A stretch of DNA of 64,000 nucleotides from Lama glama. Lineage: Eukaryota. The number at the start of each line of letters is the position of its first letter. Within the stretch, counting starts at the first letter, position 1. Under the pieces are notes generated by a model. The model did no database searches and was not told the origin of the DNA. It saw nothing but the letters and a program-made list of their open reading frames with translations. This document shows, one piece after another, positions 13,051 through 25,436 of this stretch. A program made the translations under genes and the position numbers. The stretch lies in the NCBI GenBank assembly GCA_028534125.1, contig CM052818.1, positions 11,038,001-11,102,000 of the forward strand, read 5' to 3'.

Positions 13051-13984
13051 ATATCCGGGCCACAGTGCCGATGCAGGGCATTTTTGTGTCTATATTTACT
13101 ACACAGAGAATACGCTGTAAGTAGTACACTTAATTGTTATGAGCCTCAACTTGTGTTCCTGGGACCCTAAGGATAAAGGTACCCATCTGCCCTTGTTCCT
13201 AGATTTTGCGTCCTGGATCGTGATTGAGCCTTACCTGCTACTCAAAAGATAGTTTTTTGTTTTGGGAGGTTTTCGCATGTAGTGATCTGGGGCACGTAAT
13301 GTTAGGGGAAGATTCCAATTAACATCCTTCTGAAAAATGGACATGAAAATCTCTTTCCATATCCTCCTACAAAAGAAAAATGCCACCTGCAGTGGGACCC
13401 CACATCTTCAAGTGCAGCCTGCGAGAGAAGGCGATCCTGCGTGTGCTGTGATTGCCGCGCTCTCATTCTCAGGTGTCACACGGTTCCCACTTGAGCCTCT
13501 ACTCGGCAAAGCCCTTGGGGCACCAATTTTGTCCCTCCTCTGATAAATTCTACTTATTATACTGTGCTGTGTACACTCTCAGAGCCAGATAAATGAAGAG
13601 TAATAGTAACGGTTATTTTTACACCGAGTGTTATCAAATCAGAAATCTGACACCTAGTAATTTAATATATATGTTTTTTCCACATACCTTTATTGCTGTT
13701 TGGCTAGATAGAAAATATGAAGAGTTTGGAAGCCAACTGTAAATATTTCTACAGACTTAATGGCAAATGCTTTTTCTTTTCTTTATTGCTTTGCTCCACT
13801 TACTCGATTTCTCTATTTTTCAGGGCGGTGTTCTCTCGCTTTTCTTTCTTCCCATGTTCCCTCATTCAGGAAGCCTTTCCCGATTTATGACCCGTTTCCA
13901 TATGCTTTCATCACTCTGCAGTCCCTCAATGACTGTCCTGCTTTGCAGACTGTTAATGTAGTCTCTTTAATGTTATTTATTGTT

Positions 13985-14165
13985 GAATTGGCCCAGAGGC
14001 TACGGACCTGGGTTTGAATCAGCCCTACCACTTAAAATCATTTCAAGTTTAGGCAAATTGTTTAACCTCTCTCAGCCCGGTTTCCTCATCTGTGAAGCAG
14101 AGATAATAATACCCCCTCGTAAGCACATTAGGAAGCTACAATTGTAATATGAAAATATTCTTGTT
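13985..14165 (+). mobile_element. MIR SINE
   Basis: gacctgggtttgaatc...ggcaaattgtttaacctctctcagcccggtttcctcatctgtgaa. Confidence 0.8.
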
Positions 14166-14299
14166 CTTAATTAAACATATTCCCCCTTCCATTGCCTTTG
14201 CCTTTATAATGGTAGTAAAGCTTTTTTGAGGTGAAGATACTGTCGTGTCTCAATGAAGTTGTGAAGTTCCCGAAGGGCTGGCTGTGTCCTGGTTCTTGA

Positions 14300-14700
14300 A
14301 TTGCAAAACAACAAATGTGTAGTGAGGGCTTCCTAGTTTAGGGCACTGTGACAGGCCCAGTGGTAGTGGGGAAGTGGGGATGGACGAAAAAGCAAGAAAA
14401 GAAAACAAGATGCAGCACTATCATTTGCACTGCAAAAGCTTCCCGTGGACTTGGGGTCATGAATGATGTGAAAAAGTCAAATGATAGCACAAAAAATGTG
14501 AATAATAATCCAAAATGACACAGGATACAATGGCCAAGAAGACAGTGCCTGCGTACTAAATAGCTCAGAAAGCACTACAATCAGAGGGCAGAAGACGACC
14601 ACGTCAAGGTGGTTGGGGCAGCTTTTTAGGATAGGGCAAGGTCACTGGTGTGCCTAAACTGAGGAACAGATTTGACAGACAATGGGAAGAAGAGGCAGCC
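14300..14700 (-). mobile_element. L2 fragment (degenerate)
   Basis: caacaaatgtgtagtgagggcttcctagtttagggcactgtg resembles a reverse L2 3' end. Confidence 0.45.
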
Positions 14701-16289
14701 GTTCACGATGATATGATTTATGATTGACATAGCACAGAATCTGGAACTATTCCGAAGTAAATATAAGCAAATGTAAGTTGAGGCAAGAGTCCACCATGGT
14801 TTCAGAAATGAGTTCTGACATTTTGAACTGTGCCGTCCTCTCCCTTTAATCTTTTAAAATTCTCAGCTTATGTGCTCACACTTCTTTCCTTCATGTGTCA
14901 CCAAGTCCAAACTTGTGGCCGCAGACAGAGGACTTTCCATCAACAGTACCCAGTAAATACTGATACTTCAATTGTCAGAGTAGCCAAATCAGATCGATTC
15001 TGCAGCAGTCCATTTGATTGCTTGACAGTTGATTTGAGTGAATGAAAAACTGTCAATTACTTCTTACATATAAATAGTCATAAAAACGTATGTGGTTCCA
15101 GCCTAAAATTCCGGACTTATAAACAAGGGGACACATCAAGTTATGGGCTATTTTTGCTAGTTCTTTCTTCAAGAAAATTCCAGTGGCCAGAGAAGCTGCT
15201 TTCTAGCTCCTTTATTTTTTGAAAACGTGCAGTCAGGGCTGTGTGCTTGGCTAGGTGGCATAATAAATAAAGCACATGGATAAATGTGTTTATTTGGACA
15301 CATAATCTAGTTTCTATATAGCTGTATTTTTCTTTTAACAACACACATGCTGATTCCTAGTCATCAGCCCTAGGCGCCAGTAAAATCAGATTAAAAGCAT
15401 TAGTAATGTAGTTAATTCCATTTATAATATGCCTACACCAGAGAGGAGAACATTAAAATAAGGAAAATCTATAAACAGGATTTCAAGAATTTTTTTAGAA
15501 CTACTTGTAATGAACCTTTGAAAGAAAGACATAAAGTTTTACATAAACATTCTCAAAGAACCTTTTTAGCCGTGTTTTGCAAAGCACTATTTGTAACCCT
15601 GATTAAAATTTGCCTTGGTCACTTGAGTCCTCATATTTTATACTGTGGGTTGATTCAGATAGCAGTGTTCTGCTACTTGTAATACTGCTTTCTGTAACCT
15701 TGCCTGATAATCACTATCAGTTAATCAATTTTTCCTTTTTATTCAAATTCTATTATCCCCTCCCTTTTAACCTCTAGTTCTTGGGACAGTCCATGCATTA
15801 TTTTTTTCTGAACTCCTCAGCATATTACATGTAGCATAACAGGATAAAAGCCCTAGCATTAAACCCAATCAATAGCTCCCACAGGTAGACATCTATTTCA
15901 TCCCCTTCTTTAACGTGCTGTCCTTTGTACATGAAGATGTCACTATCGACCCACAGTCCATCTGGCCTTTGGTGTGAATTCTGGACTTTGTCCAGTATCA
16001 GTGGTGTGTTTGGGCCAAGTCATCCTTATTCCTTCCCAAGGAATAAGTCTCTTGAGATCCACTATCCCATTTGACAGACAGGTATGCAGGAGCCATAGAA
16101 TGACATAAAACTGCCTGGCTTGGAATCAAAACTAACAGTCACTTCACTTGCTGTTTCATAGTCACAAAGCTATTAAAGTAAATTATGCATTTCGACTTTA
16201 TCCTGTTTTCTTGTCTTGTACATCTTAGTAATTAGTTAATATCAACAATGAAAGCTCCTAAAACAAAAGCATACTATTTCATTTATTTT

Positions 16290-17760
16290 TCATTAGTTTA
16301 ATTAAACAAATAAAGTTATAAAAGTAAACATAAATGTATAAAACATGTATGTTATTAAAAATTCCAAATATGCAGAATTACATAAAATTAAATCTCCTTG
16401 CTGCCTCCTTCAGTCCAGTCCTCAATTCCAGAAATTCTGAAAGCATATACAAATACAGACATCTGTAAGTAGGTGTATATGTAAATTATAGGTATTCAAA
16501 TGCTTTTTAAAAAATAAATGCATATTATTTGATAGTTTTATTGTTTAATACTTCCGTAAGATTTTTCACTTTAGGATACATAGAGCTACCTTGTTAATTT
16601 AATCATCATATAATGTTTCATAACATGGATTAATCACAGTTTATTCAACCATATCCTTATTGATGGAAATTTTAATTGTTTCTGATTTTTCACTATATAA
16701 TGCTGTAAATAATGCTACCATAAAATATCATGTATTATTCATCTACTTCTGTATAAGGAAGTATTCTAACAGTTAGTGGCCTCAAACAAGGACAAACCTT
16801 TACCATTGGTTTCCATTGATCAGAAATCTAGGAGCATCTTAGCTGGCTGGTTCTGGCTTGGTGCCCCTCATTAGCCTGCAGTCAAGATGCTGGCAGACAT
16901 GTGAGGTCTGGACTGGGACTGAAGGAGCTAAGTGATTCATTCACATGGTTGGTAGGTTGGTGGTGCTGGTTGTTACTGGGAGAACTCGGTTCTCCACAGT
17001 GGGGGCTTTTCCTCAGGCTACTTGAGTAAGTGTCCTTATAAAATGGCAGCCAGCTTCCCCAGGATGAGCAGTCCAAGAGAGCAACAGCCAGATAGAAGCT
17101 ACCCTTTCTGTGACTTAGCCTTGGAAGTTACCTAGCATCACTTTTTTATGACTTTATTTAGTATCCTACAAAAAGGCCAACATTCGTATATCCACGAAAG
17201 CCTTAAACATTACTTGCTTTCTGGCAAGCTCATGAACTTGTGACATTGGCAGGTTTACTATATTTTTTTTTCTGATAGTAAAAAAACAATGTATTTTTAA
17301 AATTTATATTTCACCTGGTTACAAGTGAATTTAGTGTCTTGTGTTTATTGACCATTCATATCCTTTGGTGAATTTCTTGTTACTATCTTTTCCTGTTTTA
17401 AATCTACTTACTTACTCTTGAATATATGTTTAAAAGGTCTTTACTTACTATGAATAGTAATCTGTTGTTTGCTATTAGTAATCTGTTGTTTGCTATAAAT
17501 GTTAAAAATATTTCTTCCTATTGTGTTTTTCTCTTTTAACACTTAAAACATTTAAATGTTATTTTGTGTATGTAGAAGTATAATATATTTTTAATCTGCA
17601 TTTTTTTCTGATATAGGCTTTATTTCAATAAAACTGAGGAATATTTTTTGAATTATCCAAAGATTTCTTTCTTGTACTTTCATAGTATGGGTTTTATGTA
17701 AATTTTTTTTGTATATGGTATGAGTTAAGAAACTAACTTTAGTTTTATTTCAGATTTTTT
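16290..17760 (-). mobile_element. Old L1 (L1ME-like) 3' region, interrupted by an MLT1 LTR
   Basis: ttattcaaccatatccttattgatggaaatttt and tgtttattgaccattcatatc are typical reverse L1 3' motifs. Confidence 0.6.
16731..17155 (-). mobile_element. MaLR LTR (MLT1F/G/H-like)
   Basis: cttagctggctggttctggctt, ctgcagtcaagatg and tgacttagccttggaagttacctagcatcactt. Confidence 0.8.
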
Positions 17761-19779
17761 CTTAATGGTGGTCTAAAAACAACTTATAGCCATAGAAAAC
17801 TTTTGTTTGAAGAAAGACATAAAATGAACCCCCACCTCCACTAAAGACTGGAGCTCAGTATCCTCGTTTCCCTTACCTCTCTTATCCTTGGTAGCTCTAA
17901 GAAGAGGGGAGGAAGAAGAAGGAGTCCTATTGAACATATGGGTTTAATGAAACGTAGTTTGAAAGCCACTGTTGTCTAAAAGATCTAAAATTTGGGAAAA
18001 AAGTAATTAAAAGCAGTTGTTCATCCAGAGACTGAGAAACATTTGAAAGTGGAGTAAATAGTATTTTGTTAGTTTATGCATTTACACTCATATTGACATA
18101 TGGGCATGGGCTTACATACATGAAAAAATTTATGCACTTCCATGTTTGATTTAATGTTAAAAAAATTAAATCTAGCCAGTATAAAGCAACTAGTTATATT
18201 TTGAAAATGGAACATAGATTGCAAATCAATTAAATTCCTTTTTTTTTTCTAGTCAGAGAACCATATTACTTCAGGCACCAAGCAATGCATTCTGTCTCTT
18301 AATAAACAATCCTTACATTCTAGATATTCACCCATCTAGTGGATGAATGAGTCATAAGCTCAATCATGAGCTCTTAGATTCAGATGCCAGGGCACTCATA
18401 CTGTACGTATATCATTTATATCCCAAAATATATACACTGCGGGCACATATGGACACACACAGAGTAAATCACAAGGCTTTCCATCTTGTAAGTCTTTCTC
18501 TTTAGCCTGTGATGGATCTCATTATTAATTAAAGAATCATTTAGCTTGCATAATTGTCTTCTGCCATACGTAATTTCAACCTTTCAATGTCTCTTCAAGT
18601 TGGCTTATTAGACTAAATGCACTCCTTTGTTTTGGTGACATCGTCAATCACAGCCTGTAGATGGAAGGATTCAGCAGTGGGGTGAATAATATGTAAAGAA
18701 ATCCGCTCTTTGTTCTCAGTCATGGAACTTACCAACAGGTACCTGCATTTGCAAATTTATTTGATTCTTTCAGACCAACTGCATACGTTCCCACATCCTG
18801 CACTGGAGGAGCTCAGGCTTCTGAATGAAAAGAATTAGCCATTTGTTGTTAAGTATCCACTGTTACATACGCACATTTCTGGACTTTGGAGAAAACATAA
18901 CAAAACATAAGAATACAGCCAAGCAAGCTTTGTTCATATCAAGCTTTTAATCTTTATTTTTTATGAATTTTAAGGTAAAATTCAGACTAGAAAATAGAGG
19001 CTTTTAGTGTACAATAAGTCAGACAAATGAAAACTCCTGGGGCAGTCAAGACATTGTAATAAACATATACAGATGTATGCATGTATCTGTGTGTATACAT
19101 ATATATTTCTTGTGGAGTGACAGAAGCATCATGGCCATGTTTGAGGAAACTCTTAAGACACTGTCTGTAAACTGCTTTCAGAGACTGCCATGTCAGCCCA
19201 GATCACTGGGTCCAGTAGACCAGCTGGCTAAAAGGGAGAATGTTAGGTGAAAAGCATTGGGAATAAGTGGTTTTGCTCTCTGGCATTAGCCGAAAGAGGA
19301 TGTTAGAAAATGCTTTCCCAAACATCCGCATCTTCCCCTCACTGAAGTCTATAAGTTTATATATCATCTTCTGGAAGAATATGATTTATGACTCCCCTGG
19401 CCTCTATGAGTTTGCTACCCACAATGTAAAATTGTACCTTTCTCAAAATGCATGGTAAGGTTGTTGTTTGAATGTTCTGAGATTTGTGAACAAGAGTGTG
19501 CTAATGCATCAAGTTCCCTGTAAGAAGAGTATGTGTTCTCTTTGGGTATTTTTTGAATTTTGCTCAGTACTGAGTGGGTTCTGGCCACAGTATCAGGATG
19601 TTCAGGCAATTTGCATTGAAAACATTTTCTGAATTATTTACATAGTTATATCATTTAATAGGAATTATTTTAGAGTTCTATAATCAATGTCTTAGAGGAA
19701 GCTTCAGGAAAGGTGTTCTGTATTAAAATTAAATAAAGTTAATAAGCCAATTTTATTACCTTTTATTAAGTTTTAAGTA

Positions 19780-20180
19780 TGTAAGGTATATGCATTTTCC
19801 AAATTCACAAAGTACAAAATGGCATTGAGTAAAAGTAAGTTTTCATCTCTCTCAACTCCCTAGTCACCTACTAATCTATCCAGGGCACGCATTTAGCCAA
19901 TTTCATCACTATTATTCGAGATAAATACTTACAGAAATATTCTGTACATTTTCATTCATCTATTATATATATTTTCACACTAATCTTTGCATGATATAAA
20001 CACTTTTCTGCAACTTACTTTTATCACAATGCATTTTGGAGCCTTTCCGTATTTGCGCATGTAGAAACATTGTTTTCTTAATGATTATAGATAGAATACT
20101 CCATTGTACAGACATATTGGGAGATATTTTCAAAAATGACATTATCAGATAACTCTTCTAATGGATAGTTTGGGGAATTT
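19780..20180 (-). mobile_element. Old L1 (L1ME-like) 3'UTR fragment
   Basis: cacttttctgcaacttactttt and tagaatactccattgtacagacat. Confidence 0.5.
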
Positions 20181-21117
20181 CAAAAAGGAATAAAATGGCA
20201 TGTACTTCTGGAACACCATATCATATCAACTCTCCTGTGATAGTGACAAAATAAGGATTTTATTCCCTGTATCTTGTTTTGTGTAGTATTTTTCTTTCTC
20301 TTCACTTATCCAAGTATTTTTCTGAATACATTTACATAGCTTAAATATAAGCAAAATAAAAGAGAAGTCGATCTCTGAGACAAATGGATATCCACATACA
20401 AAAAAATAATTTTGGAGCCCTACATCCCATCATTACACAAATATTAACTCAAAGTGGTCCACAGACCTAAATATAAGAATTAAAACTATGAGACTCTTAG
20501 AAGAAATACGAGAGTAAACCTTTGTGATGTTGAGTTAAGCAGTGATTTCTTAGATATGACACCAAACGCCCAAGTGATCAAAGAGAAGATTGACGAGTGG
20601 AACGTCCTCAAAATTAAAACCTTTTGCTTCAAAGGATAACATCAAGAAAGTGAAAAGGTAACCTACATACTAAGAGAAAACATTTGTAAAGAATGTGTCT
20701 GATAAGGGACTTGTATACAGAGTCTGTAAAGGACATTTGCAAGTCAAATTAAAAACAGATAACCAAATTTAGAAATGGGCAAAGGATTTAAATTGACATT
20801 TCTCCAAAGAAGAAATGTGAATGGCCAATAAACACATGAAGAGACACTCAACATCATTAGTTACTAAGGAAATGGCAGATCACACCCACAGTGAGATACC
20901 ACTTCATATCCATCAGAATGGATATAATCAAAATGAGGAACAATAACAAGTATAGATGAGGATGTGAGGAACTTGGACCCCTCATACACTGCTGAAGGGA
21001 ATATGACATGGCGCAGCTGCTTTGGAAAACAGTTCAGGAGTTCCTCAGACTGTTACATGCAGAGTTACAGTACAGCCCAGGTAATCTGATGTCTTCCTGC
21101 ATATCATCAAAAAATTT

Positions 21118-21217
21118 TTGTGTATATGTCCATGAATGACTGAAAAATTGTGCTGAACACTAGAATCTGACACAACATTGTAAAATGATTATAAATCAAT
21201 AAAAAATGTTAAAAAAA
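21118..21217 (+). mobile_element. Extreme 3' end of a younger L1, 5'-truncated to about 100 bp
   Basis: tgtatatgtccatgaatgactgaaaaattgtgctgaacactagaatctgacacaacattgtaaaatgattataaatcaataaaaaa; candidate TSD aaaaaattt at 21109-21117 and 21676-21684. Confidence 0.7.
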
Positions 21218-21675
21218 GAAAACAGAACATAGAATATAGAATACAGAATATAGAATATAAAATTCAGAATATAGAATACAGAATACAGAATATAGAACAT
21301 AGAATACAGAATACAGAATGTAGAATATAGAATACAGAATGTAAACTTAGATTACAGAATACAGAACCCAGAATTCCCAGAACATGGAATTCAGAACACA
21401 GAATATAGAATATAGAATACAGAATATAGAATACAGAATACAGAATATAGAATACAGAATGTAGAATACAGTATGTAGAACACAGAATATAGAGTACAGA
21501 ATACAGAATATAGAATAAAGAATACAGAATATAGAATACAGAATGTAGAATTAGAATACAGAATACAGAATGTAGAATATAGAATTCAGAAAACAGAACA
21601 TAGAATATAGAATACAGAATACAGAATATAGAATATAGAATTCAGAATTTAGAATACAGAATATAGAATATAGAA
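21217..21675. repeat. 7-bp tandem array (AGAATAY)n, about 65 units
   Basis: Directly visible; variant units agaatat, agaatac, agaatgt, agaacat, agaattc. Confidence 0.95.
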
Positions 21676-22389
21676 AAAAAATTTGATATTAAATGGCTCC
21701 CAGTTTTTTAACCCTTACCCAAAGGATCTCAACTTTTAAAATTCTGATTGAATCTCTACCGATGCTTACAAATTCTCTACACCTGCCTAGTATATACCCA
21801 AGCAACATGAAGACGTATGTCCCCCCAAAACTGTACACAAATATTCATAGTAATAGTATTCATGATAGTCAAAAGTAGAAACAACTCAGATGCCCATCAA
21901 CTTATGAATAGGTAAATAAAATGTGGTAGTTCTTGGCAATATGAATTAACTTGGCAATATTAAGAAGTGAAGTACTGTATATGCTACAGCGTGAATAAGC
22001 CTCAAAAACGTTATGGTATAAAAGAAGTTAGTCACAAAATCCTGGATGTTGTATGAAATATATTTTTTCAAATGTCCAGAATAGGCAAATCTAAAGAGAT
22101 GGAAAGTAAATAAGTGATTGCCCCCACTGATGGTGGGGCAAAAGTTGGAATGGGGGAGTGATTACTAATTGATTTGAGTTTTTCAGAGGGGAGGGGATTG
22201 TGAAAATGTTCTATAATTAGATGATAGTGATGGTTTCACAAATCTGTAAATATTGAATTGAATTGTACACAGTAAGCGGGTGAAATTTTATGATATGTAC
22301 ATTTTATCTCAACAAAGCTGTTAAAAAATAAAAAAAATGAAATCTGACCTCTTTCCACATTTGCCCATGCCCCATATTCCACATATTAT

Positions 22390-23260
22390 TGTTCTCCATA
22401 AAGTACCAGGTCCAGACATGCCCACAAGGAAAAGCTTTCAGGAGAGGATAACTCCAGTATTTCCACATTCTTCTTATGTATTGAGTATAACATTAATACC
22501 AAAAACTGAAAATGATTTCATGTAACTACATACCAATATCTTATGAATATCAATACAGAGAATCTAAATGGAATTTCATGATAAAGATTACAGAATAAAA
22601 TTAGAAAAGAATACTTCATAACTAAATGGATCTTATGCTAGGAAGGCAGAGTGTTTCATATCAAGAAATCTATTCATATGATTTATCAAATTAATAATAT
22701 AAGGAGAAAACTCATATGATCACCTCCACAAATTCTAAAGGATATTTTGAGAAAATTCAACATTTCTAGAAAAAAATTGACTAAAATGGGAATTTGTTGA
22801 TACTGCCTTAAAATGACAAAAAATTATCTCTCTCTGCCCAAATAGAATTATTACTCTTAGTGGTTAAGTACTAGAAGTGTCTCTATCAAGATTTTTAAAA
22901 ATGCCCATTTTTACCAAAATTATCTAACAATAAATGAAGTACTAGTCAATGCAGTCAAATAAGAAAAATAAATTAACTGTGTAAAACTGGAAAGGAGGAA
23001 GTAAACTATTTAAGTTTGCACATTAGTATGATTGCACATCCAAAAAATTAAAAAGAAGTGAAAATATACTCCAAATAAAGAGAATTTAATGGATAGAATG
23101 GCACAATATTAATATTCAGAGCGTACATATTTTAGATTCAAAAAAGGCAACCCATTAGAAAATATAAAGTTAAGTCCCCACTTACAATAGCAACAAACAT
23201 GATAAATATGTAGGAATAAACTTTAAAAGATAAGTGCAAAACCCATGTCAAGTCTGCAGG
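22390..23260 (+). mobile_element. Older, highly decayed L1 ORF2 fragment (RT region)
   Basis: taacattaataccaaaa, catatgatcacctc and aaatatgtaggaataaactttaa. Confidence 0.7.
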
Positions 23261-23272
23261 ATTTTCTGTGGA

Positions 23273-25416
23273 AATAAATTCAGTAAAGTTGCAGGATAAA
23301 AAAATTAACATACAAAAATCAGTTGTCTTTGTATGCACTAAAAATAAACTACCAGAAAACAATCCCATATACAATAGTATCAAAACGAATACTTAGATAT
23401 GAATTTGACCAAGTAGGTAAAAGACCTATTCACTGAAAACTATTAAGATTGATGAAAGAAGCTGAAGACACAGTGAATGGAAGGATAGCCTGTGTTCATG
23501 AATTGGAAGAATTAATACTGTTAAAACGTCAGAACTACCCAATACTATCTTTATAGATTCAATACCATCACTATTAAGATTCCAGTGGCATTTTTTTTTA
23601 CAGAAATAGAAAAGAAATCCTAAAACTTATGTGAAACCACAAAAGACCCTGAGTAGCCAAAACAATCCTGAGAAAGAACAACAAATCTCAACGCATCATA
23701 CTTCTTGATTTCAGACAGTATCACAACTATATGATTGTAGTAATCAAAATCATGTGTATATGGTCTATTACTATTTGACAAGGGAGCCGAGAATACTCAA
23801 TGGGCAGAAGATAATATCGTCAATAAATGCTACTAGGAAAACTGGATACTCACTTGCAAAAGAATGGAAATGGATCTCTGTCCTATGCCCCTTACAAACA
23901 TTAACTCAAAATGAGTTAAAGACTTAAATATAAGACATGAAACCATAAAACTCCTAAAAAACTGCATAGGGAAAAACCTCCTTGACATTGCATTTGATAG
24001 TCACGTTTTAGATATGACATCCAAGGCTCAAGCAACAGAAGCAAAAATAACAAGTGGGACTACACCAAACGAAAAAGTTTCTGCACAGAAAAGAAATGAT
24101 CAACAAAATGAAAAGGCAATTACAGAATGGGGAAAATATTTGCAAACCACATATCTAATAAGCAGGTAGTATTCAAAATATACAAGAATTCATATAGTGC
24201 AATAGCAAAAAAAGCCAAATACAGTTGACCCTTGAACAACATGGGTTTGAACTACACAGGTCCACTTATTCAGGTTTTTTTTTTCAATCTATACATATTA
24301 CAGTACTACAGTCTTCCACTGGTTGAATATACAGATGTGGAACCACAAATATGGGGGAGGGGGTCAACTGTAAAGTTACAAGTGAATTGTCAACTGTGCA
24401 GGGGGTGGAGCGCCCTTAACCCCTAAGGTGTTCAAGAGTCACCTGTAATCGGATTTAAAAACGGGCAAAAGACTTGAATAAACATTTTTTTTAAAGAAAA
24501 CATACAGATGGCCAATAGGTCCATGAAAAAGTGCTCATCATAACTAATCATTAAGGAAATGTAAATCAAAACCATAGCGAGCTATCACCTCCCACCTGTT
24601 AGAATGATTATTATCAGAAAGAAAAGAGAGAAATGCTGGCAAGGATGAGAATAAAAGGGAACACTTGTGCACTGTTAGTTGGAGTGTAAATCGTTACAGC
24701 CACTATCGGAAAATTCAAAATAGAACTGCTATATGATCCAACAATTTCATTTCTGAAATTATGTATTTGAAGGAAATAAAAACACTATTTTGAAGAGATG
24801 TCTGCACCTCCATGTTCATTACAATAATATCTGTAATAACAATTATGTGCCCATTGATGGATGAAGGATAAAAAAAAATGTGGTATATATGTACAGTGGA
24901 CTATTATTCAGCCATAAAAAAGAGGAAATTCTGCCGCTTGTGACAACATATATGGACCCTAAGGGTATTATGCTAAGTGAAATAAGTCAGACAGAGAAAG
25001 GCAATTACTGTATGATCTCACTTAGATGTGGAATCCAGAAAACTCAACTCATAGAAACAGAGAGTAGGTGGATAGTTGCCAGGGATCAGGGGGACATGGT
25101 AGAGGAATGGGTGAAGGTAGTCAGAAGGTACAAACTTTCAGTTATTAGATAAATAAGTTCTGGGGATGTAATGTTTGTCATAGTGACTACAGCTAAAAGT
25201 ACCGTGCTGTATATTTGAAAGTTGCTAAGACAGTACATCTTAAAAGTTCTCAACACATACACAAAAATTTTAACTATGGGAGGTGATGGATGTGTTAACT
25301 AATGTTATGGTGGTAATCATTTCACAATAGATAACATGTATCAAATAATCACTCTGTACACCTTAAACTTATACAATATTATATGTCAGTTATATCAAAG
25401 ATGAAAAAAAAGAAAA
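23273..25416 (+). mobile_element. L1 (L1MA-late-like) ORF2 3' half plus 3'UTR
   Basis: tcagtaaagttgcagga, tatgctaagtgaaataagtcagacagagaaag and the terminal tgtacaccttaaacttatacaat plus A-tail. Confidence 0.9.
24222..24445. mobile_element. Tigger2-derived MITE (MER8-like) nested in L1
   Basis: TIRs cagttgacccttgaacaac / gtgttcaagagtcacctg; TA duplicated at 24220-24221 and 24446-24447; 224 bp. Confidence 0.9.
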
Positions 25417-25436
25417 TTACTTTTATTAACATACAA

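Larger units (their letters stand above)
20375..22337 (+). mobile_element. L1 (L1MB-like) ORF2 3' end plus 3'UTR, interrupted at about 21088-21779
   Basis: Decayed ORF2 motifs (aaatgggcaaagga, gtgagataccacttc) and the terminal tatctcaacaaagctgttaaaaaa. Confidence 0.9.

Noticed and set aside
21217..21675. CRISPR-like or coding repeat array
   Set aside because: Contiguous 7-mer units with no spacers, in mammalian DNA; a simple tandem repeat
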